Assembly: GCA_017445905.1 (NCBI GenBank)
Contig: JAFSRX010000013.1
Span: 15,815 to 79,814, forward strand
Reading direction: 5' to 3'
DNA from: Eubacterium sp.
GTDB taxonomy: Bacteria; Bacillota; Clostridia; Oscillospirales; Acutalibacteraceae
DNA length: 64,000 nt
Shown: positions 37,042 through 45,891 of the stretch, one piece after another
Numbering within the stretch: position 1 is the first letter of the stretch
Layout: every line of letters begins with the position of its first letter
Program-made: the position numbers and the translations under genes
Notes under the pieces: model-generated
The model's input: the letters and a program-made list of their open reading frames with translations, nothing else
Told to the model about the DNA's origin: nothing
Databases searched by the model: none

Positions 37042-38613
37042 TTACCATGCTAAAGTATCGTCAAAATCAACTAATGTCGGGTCAACGGGTTCTTCCTGAA
37101 GAACGGTTGTCATATATTTGTTTATATGCTCGCGCATATCTCTTCTTGAAATAGTGCGCGGGTCCATAAGGTCCTGAGGCACCCAGATAAAGCTGACATT
37201 ATGTTCTCTTGCCTGATCGTCGAAAATTCCGTTTAATCCGTCCATTCCTTTGCAGGAAATCTGGTCATACATAATAACCATATCGGCGTTGAATTCTTCA
37301 ACTATTCTCCAAAGCTCGTCAACAACATTTGCATAACCGCCCTTAGTGTGCTTACGCATTGTTGTTCTCTGAAGTGTTTTAGCAAGTGTTGATAGCGCTT
37401 TTTCTTTATCGTCTGTGTCGTACATATAATAGGAAATCATAGTTTCCATATCCATAACAACATTAACGCCCCAACAGTTTTCAAGCCAGTTTGCAAGACT
37501 GGTATAATAGTTGGCAGGGCAGGACCAGACGATAGCTCTGTGGCGCATTTCTTTTGAACATTTTGTTTTCTTTTCATATGCGTCAAGCATAAGCTTATTG
37601 ACCTTTTTATCGGTCTTTAAGAATCGCTTATCCATACCTCCTGAAATGTGGAAATAAAACAGTCTGTAAAGCCAGAAGGTTGCGCCCGTCATCTGAGGAT
37701 AATCGGTTTTGTTAACTTCCCATTTCTGAATTTCATATTCGGTTTGCTGATTATACTGCTTCATCGCTTTGAAGAAGTGATCCCAGTCCCATTTTTCGCC
37801 TGTTTGTTCTTCAACGAATTTAATAGCGGATTTAATCTCGTCAACCGCGTATTCCTGAACATCCTCGCCGTTATAACGAAGAGGAACATTAATAACCTGA
37901 GTCGGAATATTGAATCTTCTGTCTATGTATGAGGAATTGATAACCGAGCCGTCGCAGGGCATATTACAAGTCAGCGCGCATTTTCCAACAAGCGGATAAT
38001 CATCGTTAATTGCAACGCCTGCCTCAGCGGAGGGAAGGGGGCATACATCGGCGGGAACACCATAGCTCTCTGTTATATCAAGATAGGGGGGAGTTATGTT
38101 CTGGTCAACCATTGATGTTAAGAAAATCGGAATAGTTGTAACATGGTTATCCCTTAAATTAGGAAAGCCTGCAATAAACTCCGACGAAAAAATTTCATCA
38201 ACATTAACAGTTCTGTCAGCCCATTTTGAATTCTCATGAAAATGTCTGTCGTTAGCTAAAAGGAAATTGATTAAATCCGTTGTTGGTTTAACAAGCATAT
38301 TCATATGAAGATGTGTTATTCTGAGTTGAGGACCTCTGAGACCTTCGGTATGTCGGTCAACCCATGCGGGTGCTGATAGATAACTCGCCATCCAACGATA
38401 ATTTGCAAGACCCTTAACTGTTGAAACAGGAGCCTTGCCAGCCATAACAATAATATCTTTCCATGTTATAAGCCAGCGGTAGTAATCGTACATTGTGTCC
38501 GAAATTCCGCGCCACTCTCTGTGTTTGAGCAGTCCTGTTTTATCCTCGTGCAAATCTCCGAGGTTGCTCGGCTCGTTGCGCCAAAGGTTTTTAAGTTTTG
38601 ATTTTAAACTCAT
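37042..38613 (-). CDS. 2-hydroxyacyl-CoA dehydratase / benzoyl-CoA reductase-like subunit (HgdA/BcrB-type) with an N-terminal extension
   Basis: ADVCP, CNMPCDG and ISCKG cluster motifs; FDAD-like (FNADMVI) segment. Confidence 0.8.
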   Translation of the reverse strand: MSLKSKLKNLWRNEPSNLGDLHEDKTGLLKHREWRGISDTMYDYYRWLITWKDIIVMAGKAPVSTVKGLANYRWMASYLSAPAWVDRHTEGLRGPQLRITHLHMNMLVKPTTDLINFLLANDRHFHENSKWADRTVNVDEIFSSEFIAGFPNLRDNHVTTIPIFLTSMVDQNITPPYLDITESYGVPADVCPLPSAEAGVAINDDYPLVGKCALTCNMPCDGSVINSSYIDRRFNIPTQVINVPLRYNGEDVQEYAVDEIKSAIKFVEEQTGEKWDWDHFFKAMKQYNQQTEYEIQKWEVNKTDYPQMTGATFWLYRLFYFHISGGMDKRFLKTDKKVNKLMLDAYEKKTKCSKEMRHRAIVWSCPANYYTSLANWLENCWGVNVVMDMETMISYYMYDTDDKEKALSTLAKTLQRTTMRKHTKGGYANVVDELWRIVEEFNADMVIMYDQISCKGMDGLNGIFDDQAREHNVSFIWVPQDLMDPRTISRRDMREHINKYMTTVLQEEPVDPTLVDFDDTLAW

Positions 38614-39809
38614 TTTGCCTGCTCCTTTTCTTTTTGGATTTTCTTTATTTCAAGGCTTTCAACGAATGCCTGAACTCTTGTTCGTAACTGACCCGAGGCG
38701 TTTGCAGTATATTGACGGTCAACGCATACTGACGGAATACCGAAATCATTTGTTACAATATGTGAAGCGAGCGCTCTCTCATATCCCCAGTATTCACAGA
38801 ATTTGAGCTGCTCATATAAAACGCCGTCAGCATGATAATCTTCAACGAGTTTCTTAACAAAGTCACGTCTGCCCTGAACCTTGTCCTGCGACATATATCT
38901 CGGGCACTGACAGGTTTTCATATAGTGAACAATAATTTGCTCTAAAACATCACCGTCATCTGTGAGATGTATTTCCTCTCTTCCGGGAAGTGAGCCGAAG
39001 CAGAAACGGTCTGCAACAACAAGCGCTCCCGAATCCTCGATTAGCTTGGTAAAATCGGGGTCATCCATTTCTGAGCCAACAACAACAATCTTTGCTCTGT
39101 AGTTCTTCTTCTCATCGGGAACTCTTGTTTTGAGTTCCTCAGCTGTTTCTCTCAGCTTATCGATGATAAGATATTTCGGACAGCAGTAGGTTATTAGATT
39201 GAGAACATGAAATTCATATCCCGTTATTCTCGGATTTTCTTCTTTTCTGTATTCACCGATTTCTGTAATCAGTCGGCAAATCTCATTATGCTCTTCAACC
39301 GCTTTTCTTAATGCGTCATCGCTGATATCAATTCCGTAAACTTCTTTGAGTTTATCGAGAATCTTTTCCTGCATCTGGCTTTTATAGTGCTTGATAGTGT
39401 GGGGCATAATCTTGAACGGAACATCAGAAATAGTAACAAAAAACTTTTCGTTATCAACTAAATTAAGAAGTTCAAAATGCTCATAAGCTCTGTTCATCTG
39501 GGAACAGGTTTCTGTTCCGAAAAGAGCGTTAAGATGCTGATAACCGCCCTCAATGCCTCTTTCAACCAGTGCCTTTGAAAATCCGCACAAAAACGAGCTC
39601 ATATAATATGTAGAAATATCAAGAGAGCCCGTTCTCGGTGCACGAAGTCTTGTTGAAAAGCATCCGGGAAGATTAAGCAGAACTTCCGGAACATGATAAC
39701 ATGTGTAGGCAAGGCATAACTTGCCGTCTTTTTTTGCCTGCTGAACAAGCTCATTATTCGCTTCCTGCAGCAGATTTTCAAATTCATAAAGATACTTTAA
39801 ATCCTTCAT
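38610..39809 (-). CDS. 2-hydroxyacyl-CoA dehydratase-family subunit, Cys-rich (BcrC/DCCP-like)
   Basis: YTCYHVPE, FLCG, ETCSQM, RFCFG, CQCPR, LKFCEYW, GQLRTRVQAFVE. Confidence 0.85.
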   Translation of the reverse strand: MKDLKYLYEFENLLQEANNELVQQAKKDGKLCLAYTCYHVPEVLLNLPGCFSTRLRAPRTGSLDISTYYMSSFLCGFSKALVERGIEGGYQHLNALFGTETCSQMNRAYEHFELLNLVDNEKFFVTISDVPFKIMPHTIKHYKSQMQEKILDKLKEVYGIDISDDALRKAVEEHNEICRLITEIGEYRKEENPRITGYEFHVLNLITYCCPKYLIIDKLRETAEELKTRVPDEKKNYRAKIVVVGSEMDDPDFTKLIEDSGALVVADRFCFGSLPGREEIHLTDDGDVLEQIIVHYMKTCQCPRYMSQDKVQGRRDFVKKLVEDYHADGVLYEQLKFCEYWGYERALASHIVTNDFGIPSVCVDRQYTANASGQLRTRVQAFVESLEIKKIQKEKEQAK

Positions 39810-39822
39810 TTATGTTACCTCT

Positions 39823-40050
39823 TTAAAGTGTTTCAAGCACTTCTTTGAGCAGTGCATTTCCTTTGTTGTACACATTGATTGCTTCCAGCGTTTTTTCAGC
39901 CGAAGTATTCTTCCCGTCTTTTTTTAACCTTTCAGCAATCTGACATAGTTCATCGGTATGTGAAATATTATGTTTAACCATATATTCAACCAATACCTTT
40001 AATTCTTCTTCACTTTCAGCATTAACTGTGTGATGATGGTGTTCGTGCAT
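39823..40050 (-). CDS. Small His-rich helical protein, putative metal chaperone
   Basis: MHEHHHH N-terminus plus YMVKHNISHTDEL; first gene of the operon. Confidence 0.7.
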   Translation of the reverse strand: MHEHHHHTVNAESEEELKVLVEYMVKHNISHTDELCQIAERLKKDGKNTSAEKTLEAINVYNKGNALLKEVLETL

Positions 40051-40188
40051 AAATATCTGCAACCTTTCATTATATTATTACAATAGTAACATTTCTAACA
40101 AATTAAATCAACAAAAATATAAATTTTTCAGTAATAGATGACAATGAAAAATTAATGTGTTATTATTAATCAAACGGGGGGTGATTTA

Positions 40189-40863
40189 ATGATTAAACAT
40201 TTTTATGTTGAAAAGGGTGAGGGCGAGCCTCTTATAATGCTCCACGGAAACGGTGAGAATTGCTATTATTTCTCACATCAGATGGAAGAATTTTCAAACT
40301 ACTATCATATTTATTCACTTGATACAAGAGGACACGGAAAAACGCCAAGGGGCGAAAAGCCGTTTACTCTGGAACAGTTTGCCGATGATTTGCTCGGATT
40401 TATGGATGATCATAATATAGATAAAGCAAATATTCTCGGCTTTTCTGACGGCGGAAATATTGCAATGATTTTTGCAATTAAATATCCTCAAAGAGTCAAA
40501 AAGCTTGTTTTAAACGGAGCAAATTATAACACAAGTGGAACTAAATGGTTTTTTCAGTTTGCAACTGATATTAATTATAAAATAACTTCGAAAATCGCTG
40601 ACAAAAATGAAAAGCTAAAGAGAAAGAATGAACTGCTCGGTATAATGTCTAACGAACCGAACATACCCGAAGATAATATCAAAACTATAAAATCCGAAAC
40701 GCTTGTTATTGCAGGAACAAATGATTTGATAAAAAGAAAGCATACCGAGAAAATTGCCAGCCTTATTCCGAATTCAAAGCTATGTATTCTAAAAGGAAAT
40801 CATGCTGTTGCAAGAGTGAATCCAAAGGAATATAACAGAGAAGTTCTTGAATTTTTGAAATAG
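40189..40863 (+). CDS. Alpha/beta-fold hydrolase
   Basis: LHGNG, DTRGHG, GFSDGG nucleophile elbow, GTND, GNH. Confidence 0.9.
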   Translation: MIKHFYVEKGEGEPLIMLHGNGENCYYFSHQMEEFSNYYHIYSLDTRGHGKTPRGEKPFTLEQFADDLLGFMDDHNIDKANILGFSDGGNIAMIFAIKYPQRVKKLVLNGANYNTSGTKWFFQFATDINYKITSKIADKNEKLKRKNELLGIMSNEPNIPEDNIKTIKSETLVIAGTNDLIKRKHTEKIASLIPNSKLCILKGNHAVARVNPKEYNREVLEFLK

Positions 40864-40954
40864 AAAAAAGTTTTTCTTGCAATAATCATTTTTAAGTGTA
40901 TAATTGATATATGTCTATTAATTTATTATTTGTTTAGAGTTACGGTGAATTACT

Positions 40955-41542
40955 TTGAGATTATTTGTTATTGCAATAATTGTTTTTGATATATTGGTCT
41001 TGCTTATCGGCGCGTTTTTGATTTTTGATAAAATTATGAGAAAAAAGCGCTCGAAGCCCGAAGATCATTATTCTTTGCACCCTTTTGAAAAGAATGAACA
41101 AAGGGGATATGCTCTTTATAACGATGAAGAGAGATATGTTTATTACGCTGTTAAAGAAAAAACAGAGGATAACTGCGAGGTTTACTATTTTAAAAATTGC
41201 ACAACAAATTCTGTTAATCATCATAAGATTTCCGAGATACTCAGAAATAATAATGCACCGAATTTTTCGAGAAAGTCGTTTTATTTCAATGATAAGGAAA
41301 TATGGAAATATCTTGAAAAACAGGGAATCGGTATTCGCGCAACAATTGTTGAAGAAAACCTGACCCAATATAAAATAACTAGGTATTCCGATATTATTGC
41401 TTTTATAAGAAAACGTGCAGGAAGCGGAAGAGTATATACAATGAGAACATATGAAAAAAATCTGGATATATTATTCCTTGTTCTTTTTGCAATTGCTAAA
41501 ACAAACGAAAAAGTTAATAAAGATACAAAAAATGAGCCCTAA
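40955..41542 (+). CDS. Hypothetical membrane-anchored protein
   Basis: TTG start; N-terminal TM; long ORF ending at a hairpin element. Confidence 0.6.
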   Translation: MRLFVIAIIVFDILVLLIGAFLIFDKIMRKKRSKPEDHYSLHPFEKNEQRGYALYNDEERYVYYAVKEKTEDNCEVYYFKNCTTNSVNHHKISEILRNNNAPNFSRKSFYFNDKEIWKYLEKQGIGIRATIVEENLTQYKITRYSDIIAFIRKRAGSGRVYTMRTYEKNLDILFLVLFAIAKTNEKVNKDTKNEP

Positions 41543-41672
41543 GGGGCACCCTGCGAAAATATGGTAGCCCAAAAATGGCATCTTTTTCGCCATAACTTCA
41601 TTAAAAATCACCGCAAGGCGCAAGCCTTACGGTGGTTTTTTGCTTTGTTCTAACAAAAAATTTGCTTATTTT
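41543..41672. repeat. Long imperfect palindromic intergenic element
   Basis: Central aaaaatcaccgcaaggc-gcaa-gccttacggtggttttt hairpin with partly complementary flanks, between convergent genes. Confidence 0.55.
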
Positions 41673-42221
41673 TTAATTGATTTCCATCCTCATAAGAACA
41701 AGCGTCTGAAAGCCGTTTATCGGAGATTTGAAAGCGCGGGGGTTTCTTCCGTATTCTATAAAGCCTAAGTCTTTATAAAGTTTTATTGCTCTTTCATTAT
41801 CATCAACAACTTCAAGTTCAAGCTGTTCATAACCTGCTTTTTTTGCGTATTCAATGCATATCTTTGTCAACTCTCTTCCGATTCCAAGTCCCCAGCATTC
41901 CTGAAGAATACCTATTCCGAATTCTGCACGGTGTCGGGTTTTTATATGCTTCCCCGCCTGCTCAATACCTGCCGAGCCAACAATTCTTCCGTCGATAAGG
42001 GCAACTATTTCAATTTCGTTTTCGCTTTCAGCTTTTTCTTTAAGGAACTTGCTTTCCTCTTCTGCTGTAAAGGTTATTTCTTCGACAACAGAAAGAAGAT
42101 TATCGGTTTCTTTATGGGTCTGAATAAAGACGTCGAGCATCTCTTTTCCGTCTTTTTCGTCGGCATTTCTGATAATGCATTCTTTTGAATTCTTTAGTGT
42201 TATTTTATTATAGTATTTCAT
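41673..42221 (-). CDS. GNAT-family N-acetyltransferase
   Basis: FGIGIL..CWGLGIG motif A, NERAIKLYKDLGF motif B. Confidence 0.9.
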   Translation of the reverse strand: MKYYNKITLKNSKECIIRNADEKDGKEMLDVFIQTHKETDNLLSVVEEITFTAEEESKFLKEKAESENEIEIVALIDGRIVGSAGIEQAGKHIKTRHRAEFGIGILQECWGLGIGRELTKICIEYAKKAGYEQLELEVVDDNERAIKLYKDLGFIEYGRNPRAFKSPINGFQTLVLMRMEIN

Positions 42222-42226
42222 TGCTA

Positions 42227-43369
42227 TTAATCCTTTCGCTTCAGTGATACAACTGTTTCAATATGTTCTGTGAATGGAAACATATCAACACCCTGAATTT
42301 TTTCCGCTGTATAGTCTTTTTTAGTGAGTATTTTTAAATCTCTTGCAAGCGTTTTAGGATTGCAGGAAATGTATATTATTTTCTTTGGTTTCAGTTTAAG
42401 CAGTGAAAGAAGAAATTCTCTGCTTGCTCCCGCCCTTGGCGGATCCATAAAAACAACATCAAAATGTTCTTTTTCTTTTGCTAAATCATCTATTAGCTTT
42501 GTTGCGTCAGCTTCAATGAAATAGATGTTTTTTATATCGTTTTTCTTTGCGTTTGAAACGGCGTCATTAACAGCCTTTTCATTGAGCTCAACGCCGAGAA
42601 CCTGACCTGCCTTTTTAGCGGCAATAATGCCGATTGTTCCGGTTCCGCAGTAGGCATCAAAAACGGCATCGTCTTTTTGTATTTCAGCAAATTCAATAGC
42701 CATATTATATAGCTTTTCGGTTTGAACAGGATTAACCTGATAGAAAGAAGCGGGAGATATTCTGAAAGTGCAGGAGCAGAGAATATCTTCAATATATCCC
42801 TTTCCATAGAGAATATGGCTTTGCTCACCTAAAATCAGATTAGTATCCGTCGGATTGACGTTGTGAATAATTGTTGTTATTTCACTGTGTCTTTTCAAAA
42901 GCGCTTTAACAAAATTATTTCTTGACGGAAAAACAGGGGAGGCGGTAACAATAACAACCATTGTCTCTCCCGTTTTAAAGCCTTTTCTGATTAAAACATG
43001 CCTGAGAAAGCCGCTTTTATTTTTAATGTCATAAGGTCTTAACTTAAAATCATCAGCAAGCTTTCGTATGCTTATTATAATATCATCGGCGCCTTTATCA
43101 TCAAGCATACAGTAATCAATCGGAATAATTCTTTTTGAGGTGCTCTGGTAAACGCCTGATGAACATTTTTGTTTTCTGTAATCAAAATAAAATGCACACT
43201 GAACTTTATTTCTGTAGTTAAAAGGATTTTCCATAGGAATTATTCTTTCAACTTTTGAGAATTCAGAAAGCAGATTATTAAGTCCGTTTTGTTTATATGC
43301 AAGCTGCTTTTCATATTCATCGCTCTGAAATCTGCATGCTCCGCATTTTTTAAACTGTTTACATTGCAT
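42227..43369 (-). CDS. rlmD: 23S rRNA (uracil-5)-methyltransferase, RlmD family, without a TRAM domain
   Basis: CxxxxxCGAC [4Fe-4S] start, YRNK, SFYQVN, DAYCGTGTIG, DPPRAG, YISCNP, DMFPFTEHIE. Start set at ATG 43369. Confidence 0.92.
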   Translation of the reverse strand: MQCKQFKKCGACRFQSDEYEKQLAYKQNGLNNLLSEFSKVERIIPMENPFNYRNKVQCAFYFDYRKQKCSSGVYQSTSKRIIPIDYCMLDDKGADDIIISIRKLADDFKLRPYDIKNKSGFLRHVLIRKGFKTGETMVVIVTASPVFPSRNNFVKALLKRHSEITTIIHNVNPTDTNLILGEQSHILYGKGYIEDILCSCTFRISPASFYQVNPVQTEKLYNMAIEFAEIQKDDAVFDAYCGTGTIGIIAAKKAGQVLGVELNEKAVNDAVSNAKKNDIKNIYFIEADATKLIDDLAKEKEHFDVVFMDPPRAGASREFLLSLLKLKPKKIIYISCNPKTLARDLKILTKKDYTAEKIQGVDMFPFTEHIETVVSLKRKD

Positions 43370-43388
43370 AATTTTTGCCTTTTTACAC

Positions 43389-43633
43389 TTCCCGAAGGGA
43401 AATATCGCATTGAAAATATATCGCACCGAAGGTATATCGCTAATTATTTTTATTTTTAGCAGTTGTTATCGACGCAATTAGTATTCGGCGTATAGTTCCG
43501 CATTTTTTAGAAGTTCTTTTATTGTTTTATCACTCATAAGCAAAAACATCCTTTTGGGGATATGTTGCTGAAGCAACGCGATATATTTGTTTGCAAATGC
43601 GATATTCGCTGAATATATCAGCGAGCGATATAT
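43389..43633. mobile_element. Inverted ATATCGC/hairpin arrays enclosing a gene remnant; probable degenerate mobile element
   Basis: Three ATATCGC units on + (43402-43440) and three on - (about 43578-43633), each separated by a different mini-hairpin. Confidence 0.55.
43440..43537 (-). pseudogene. C-terminal remnant of a four-helix-bundle (TIGR02436/bAvd-like) gene, frameshifted
   Basis: Minus strand reads MSDKTIKELLK / KCGTIRRILIASITTAKNKNN* across a 1-nt shift in an A6 run; by recall this resembles four-helix-bundle C-termini. Confidence 0.45.
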
Positions 43634-43826
43634 ACTTGCATTGCTCGTATGTAATTATAATAACATTTTGATAATTACTTTTCAACTTTCAATTTAGTGA
43701 TTTACCACAATAAAGTTCTAATGTCAAAACATATTTTTATAAATATAATAATATTGCATTATTGATTAAAAAGTGATAAAATATTTAATCATTTTTAGAT
43801 TTTCGGATAAAAACGAGGAGAAAAAT

Positions 43827-45089
43827 ATGGCTGAATATACTAATATGTCGAAAGAAGAATTGCTCAGAGAAAAAGAGCTTCTTCAAAAGAAATATGATGA
43901 ATTTAAAGCAATGGGACTAAGCCTTGATATGTCAAGAGGAAAGCCCTGTAAAGAGCAGCTTGACTTATCAATGGGAATGCTCAGAGCTGATATAGATTAT
44001 ACGGAAAATGGAATTGACACAAGAAACTATGGCATTCTTGACGGAATTCCGAGCTGTAAAAAGCTTTTTGCCGAGCTTTTAGGCGTTGATGTTAAGAATA
44101 TTATTGCAGGTCCAAATGCAAGCCTAACGCTTATGTTTGACTATATAACTCAATGCTTTGCTCACGGTGTTCTTGGCGAAACACCGTGGAGGGAAATTAA
44201 GAATTTAAAGTTTATCTGTCCTGTTCCCGGATATGACAGGCATTTTACAATTCTTGAATACTTTGATATCGAAATGATTAATATTCCGATTAATTCAGAC
44301 GGTCCGGATATGAACGCTGTAAGAGAGCTTGTTAAAGACCCGAGCGTTAAGGGTATGTTCTGCGTTCCTAAGTATTCAAATCCTACAGGAATAACATATT
44401 CCGATGAAATTGTCAGAGAGATTGCAGCTTTAAAGCCGGCAGCAAAGGATTTCAGAATTATCTGGGATAATGCATATTTCATCCACGACCTTGATGATAA
44501 CGGCGACGAGCTTCTTAATATTTTTGATGTTCTTAGCGAATATAATAATGAGGATATGGTAATTGAGGTTTGTTCAACTTCAAAAATTACTTTCTCAGGC
44601 GCAGGCGTTTCCGCTATTGCGGCAAGCGATGCAAATATCAAGCAGATTATGAAAAGACTTAACTGCCAGACAATCAGCTATGATAAGATGAACCAGCTTC
44701 GCCATTCAAGATTTTTCGGCGACGTTTCGGCTGTTAAGGAACATATGAAAAAGCATGCTGCAATACTTAAACCAAAGTTTGAAATTGTTTTAAAGCATCT
44801 TGAAAATGAACTCGGCGGACTTGGTATTGCAAGCTGGGTTAACCCGAACGGCGGATATTTCATCAGCCTTGATGTTATGAACGGCTGCGCTAAAAGAGTA
44901 GGGGAGCTTTGCAAGGGGGCAGGCGTTACATTAACTCCTGTCGGCGCAACATATCCTTACGGCAAAGACCCGAATAACAGCAATATCAGAATTGCTCCGT
45001 CCTTCCCGCCCGTTGATGAACTTGATTTAGCGGCGCAGATTCTTTGCGTTAGTGTTAAAATCGCAGCTATTGAAAAATTGGTAGGTTAG
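43827..45089 (+). CDS. PLP-dependent aminotransferase, class I/II (Rv3722c/AspT-like)
   Basis: LDMSRGKP..EQLDLS, VPGYDRH, VPKYSNPTG, WDNAY, STSKITF (PLP Lys), IRIAPS. RBS fits ATG 43827. Confidence 0.88.
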   Translation: MAEYTNMSKEELLREKELLQKKYDEFKAMGLSLDMSRGKPCKEQLDLSMGMLRADIDYTENGIDTRNYGILDGIPSCKKLFAELLGVDVKNIIAGPNASLTLMFDYITQCFAHGVLGETPWREIKNLKFICPVPGYDRHFTILEYFDIEMINIPINSDGPDMNAVRELVKDPSVKGMFCVPKYSNPTGITYSDEIVREIAALKPAAKDFRIIWDNAYFIHDLDDNGDELLNIFDVLSEYNNEDMVIEVCSTSKITFSGAGVSAIAASDANIKQIMKRLNCQTISYDKMNQLRHSRFFGDVSAVKEHMKKHAAILKPKFEIVLKHLENELGGLGIASWVNPNGGYFISLDVMNGCAKRVGELCKGAGVTLTPVGATYPYGKDPNNSNIRIAPSFPPVDELDLAAQILCVSVKIAAIEKLVG

Positions 45090-45097
45090 TCATTTAT

Positions 45098-45880
45098 ATG
45101 GAAATAGGTGCTTCAACCTCGTGCTTTTATCCGCTTGAAACGGAAAAATCACTTCAGAAGGTTATTGATTTAGGTTTTAAAAGTGCAGAGATATTCTTTA
45201 ATTCCTCAAGCGAGCTCGAGCCTGATTTTGTTATGGAAATGAAAAAGCAGGCTGATGCAGCAGGTGTGAGGATTTTATCGGTGCACCCTTTTTCATCAGC
45301 GCTCGAAAACACCTGTATTTTCGGTGAATACCAAAGAAGATATGATGATTTTATAGATTTATATAAAAAGCATTTCCACGCTGCAGCGCTTCTCGGTGCA
45401 GATGTTGCAGTTATCCACGGGGCTCTTTCAAAACAGAAAAGAGATATTCCTTCGGATTTCTATATTGAACGCTTTGCTTCTCTTATCGAACTCGGAAAAA
45501 CAGAGGGAGTTCGTGTTTGCCAGGAGAATGTTGTTCGCTTTCGAAGTGAGTCGCTGGATTTTCTAAAGGAGATGAGAAAGGCGCTTGGCGATGATTTCAA
45601 CATGGTTTTCGATGTCAAGCAGTCTATTCGTTGTGGGTATGACCCGTTTGAAGTTTTAAATGAGATGAAAAATGATATTGTTCATGTTCATCTTAGTGAT
45701 AATACTCCTGATTGTGATTGTCTTCCTCCGGGAAGAGGAAATTTCGATTATGAGCGTTTATTTAAAGAGCTTGAAAGTGCGAATTATACCGGCGGATATG
45801 TTATCGAGATTTATTCAAAAGGACTTAATGTTGAAGAAGAATTAAAAGCAAGCAAGCATTTCTTTGATAATAATTTTTAG
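45098..45880 (+). CDS. Sugar-phosphate isomerase/epimerase family TIM barrel (AP endonuclease 2-like)
   Basis: QENV, FDVKQ, HVHLSD, VIE metal-binding pattern. Confidence 0.8.
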   Translation: MEIGASTSCFYPLETEKSLQKVIDLGFKSAEIFFNSSSELEPDFVMEMKKQADAAGVRILSVHPFSSALENTCIFGEYQRRYDDFIDLYKKHFHAAALLGADVAVIHGALSKQKRDIPSDFYIERFASLIELGKTEGVRVCQENVVRFRSESLDFLKEMRKALGDDFNMVFDVKQSIRCGYDPFEVLNEMKNDIVHVHLSDNTPDCDCLPPGRGNFDYERLFKELESANYTGGYVIEIYSKGLNVEEELKASKHFFDNNF

Positions 45881-45891
45881 GATTAATAAAA

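Noticed and set aside
36234-39809. Plasmalogen synthase (PlsA/PlsR) assignment
   Set aside because: PlsA has two fused activase domains on a large polypeptide; here a single 264-aa activase is separate and the context is nickel chaperones.
40063-40188. NiCo or cobalamin riboswitch upstream of the Ni operon
   Set aside because: The leader is short and very AT-rich with no GC-rich multi-stem structure.
43389-43633. CRISPR array reading of the ATATCGC repeats and of the heptamer tandems
   Set aside because: Repeats are 7 bp with 9-19-bp palindromic spacers, far from CRISPR dimensions; no cas genes.
43670-43697. ttttcaactttcaattt as a lone right arm of the heptamer family
   Set aside because: Better explained as the -35 region (TTGAAA on the minus strand) of the rlmD promoter; no core sequence is adjacent.
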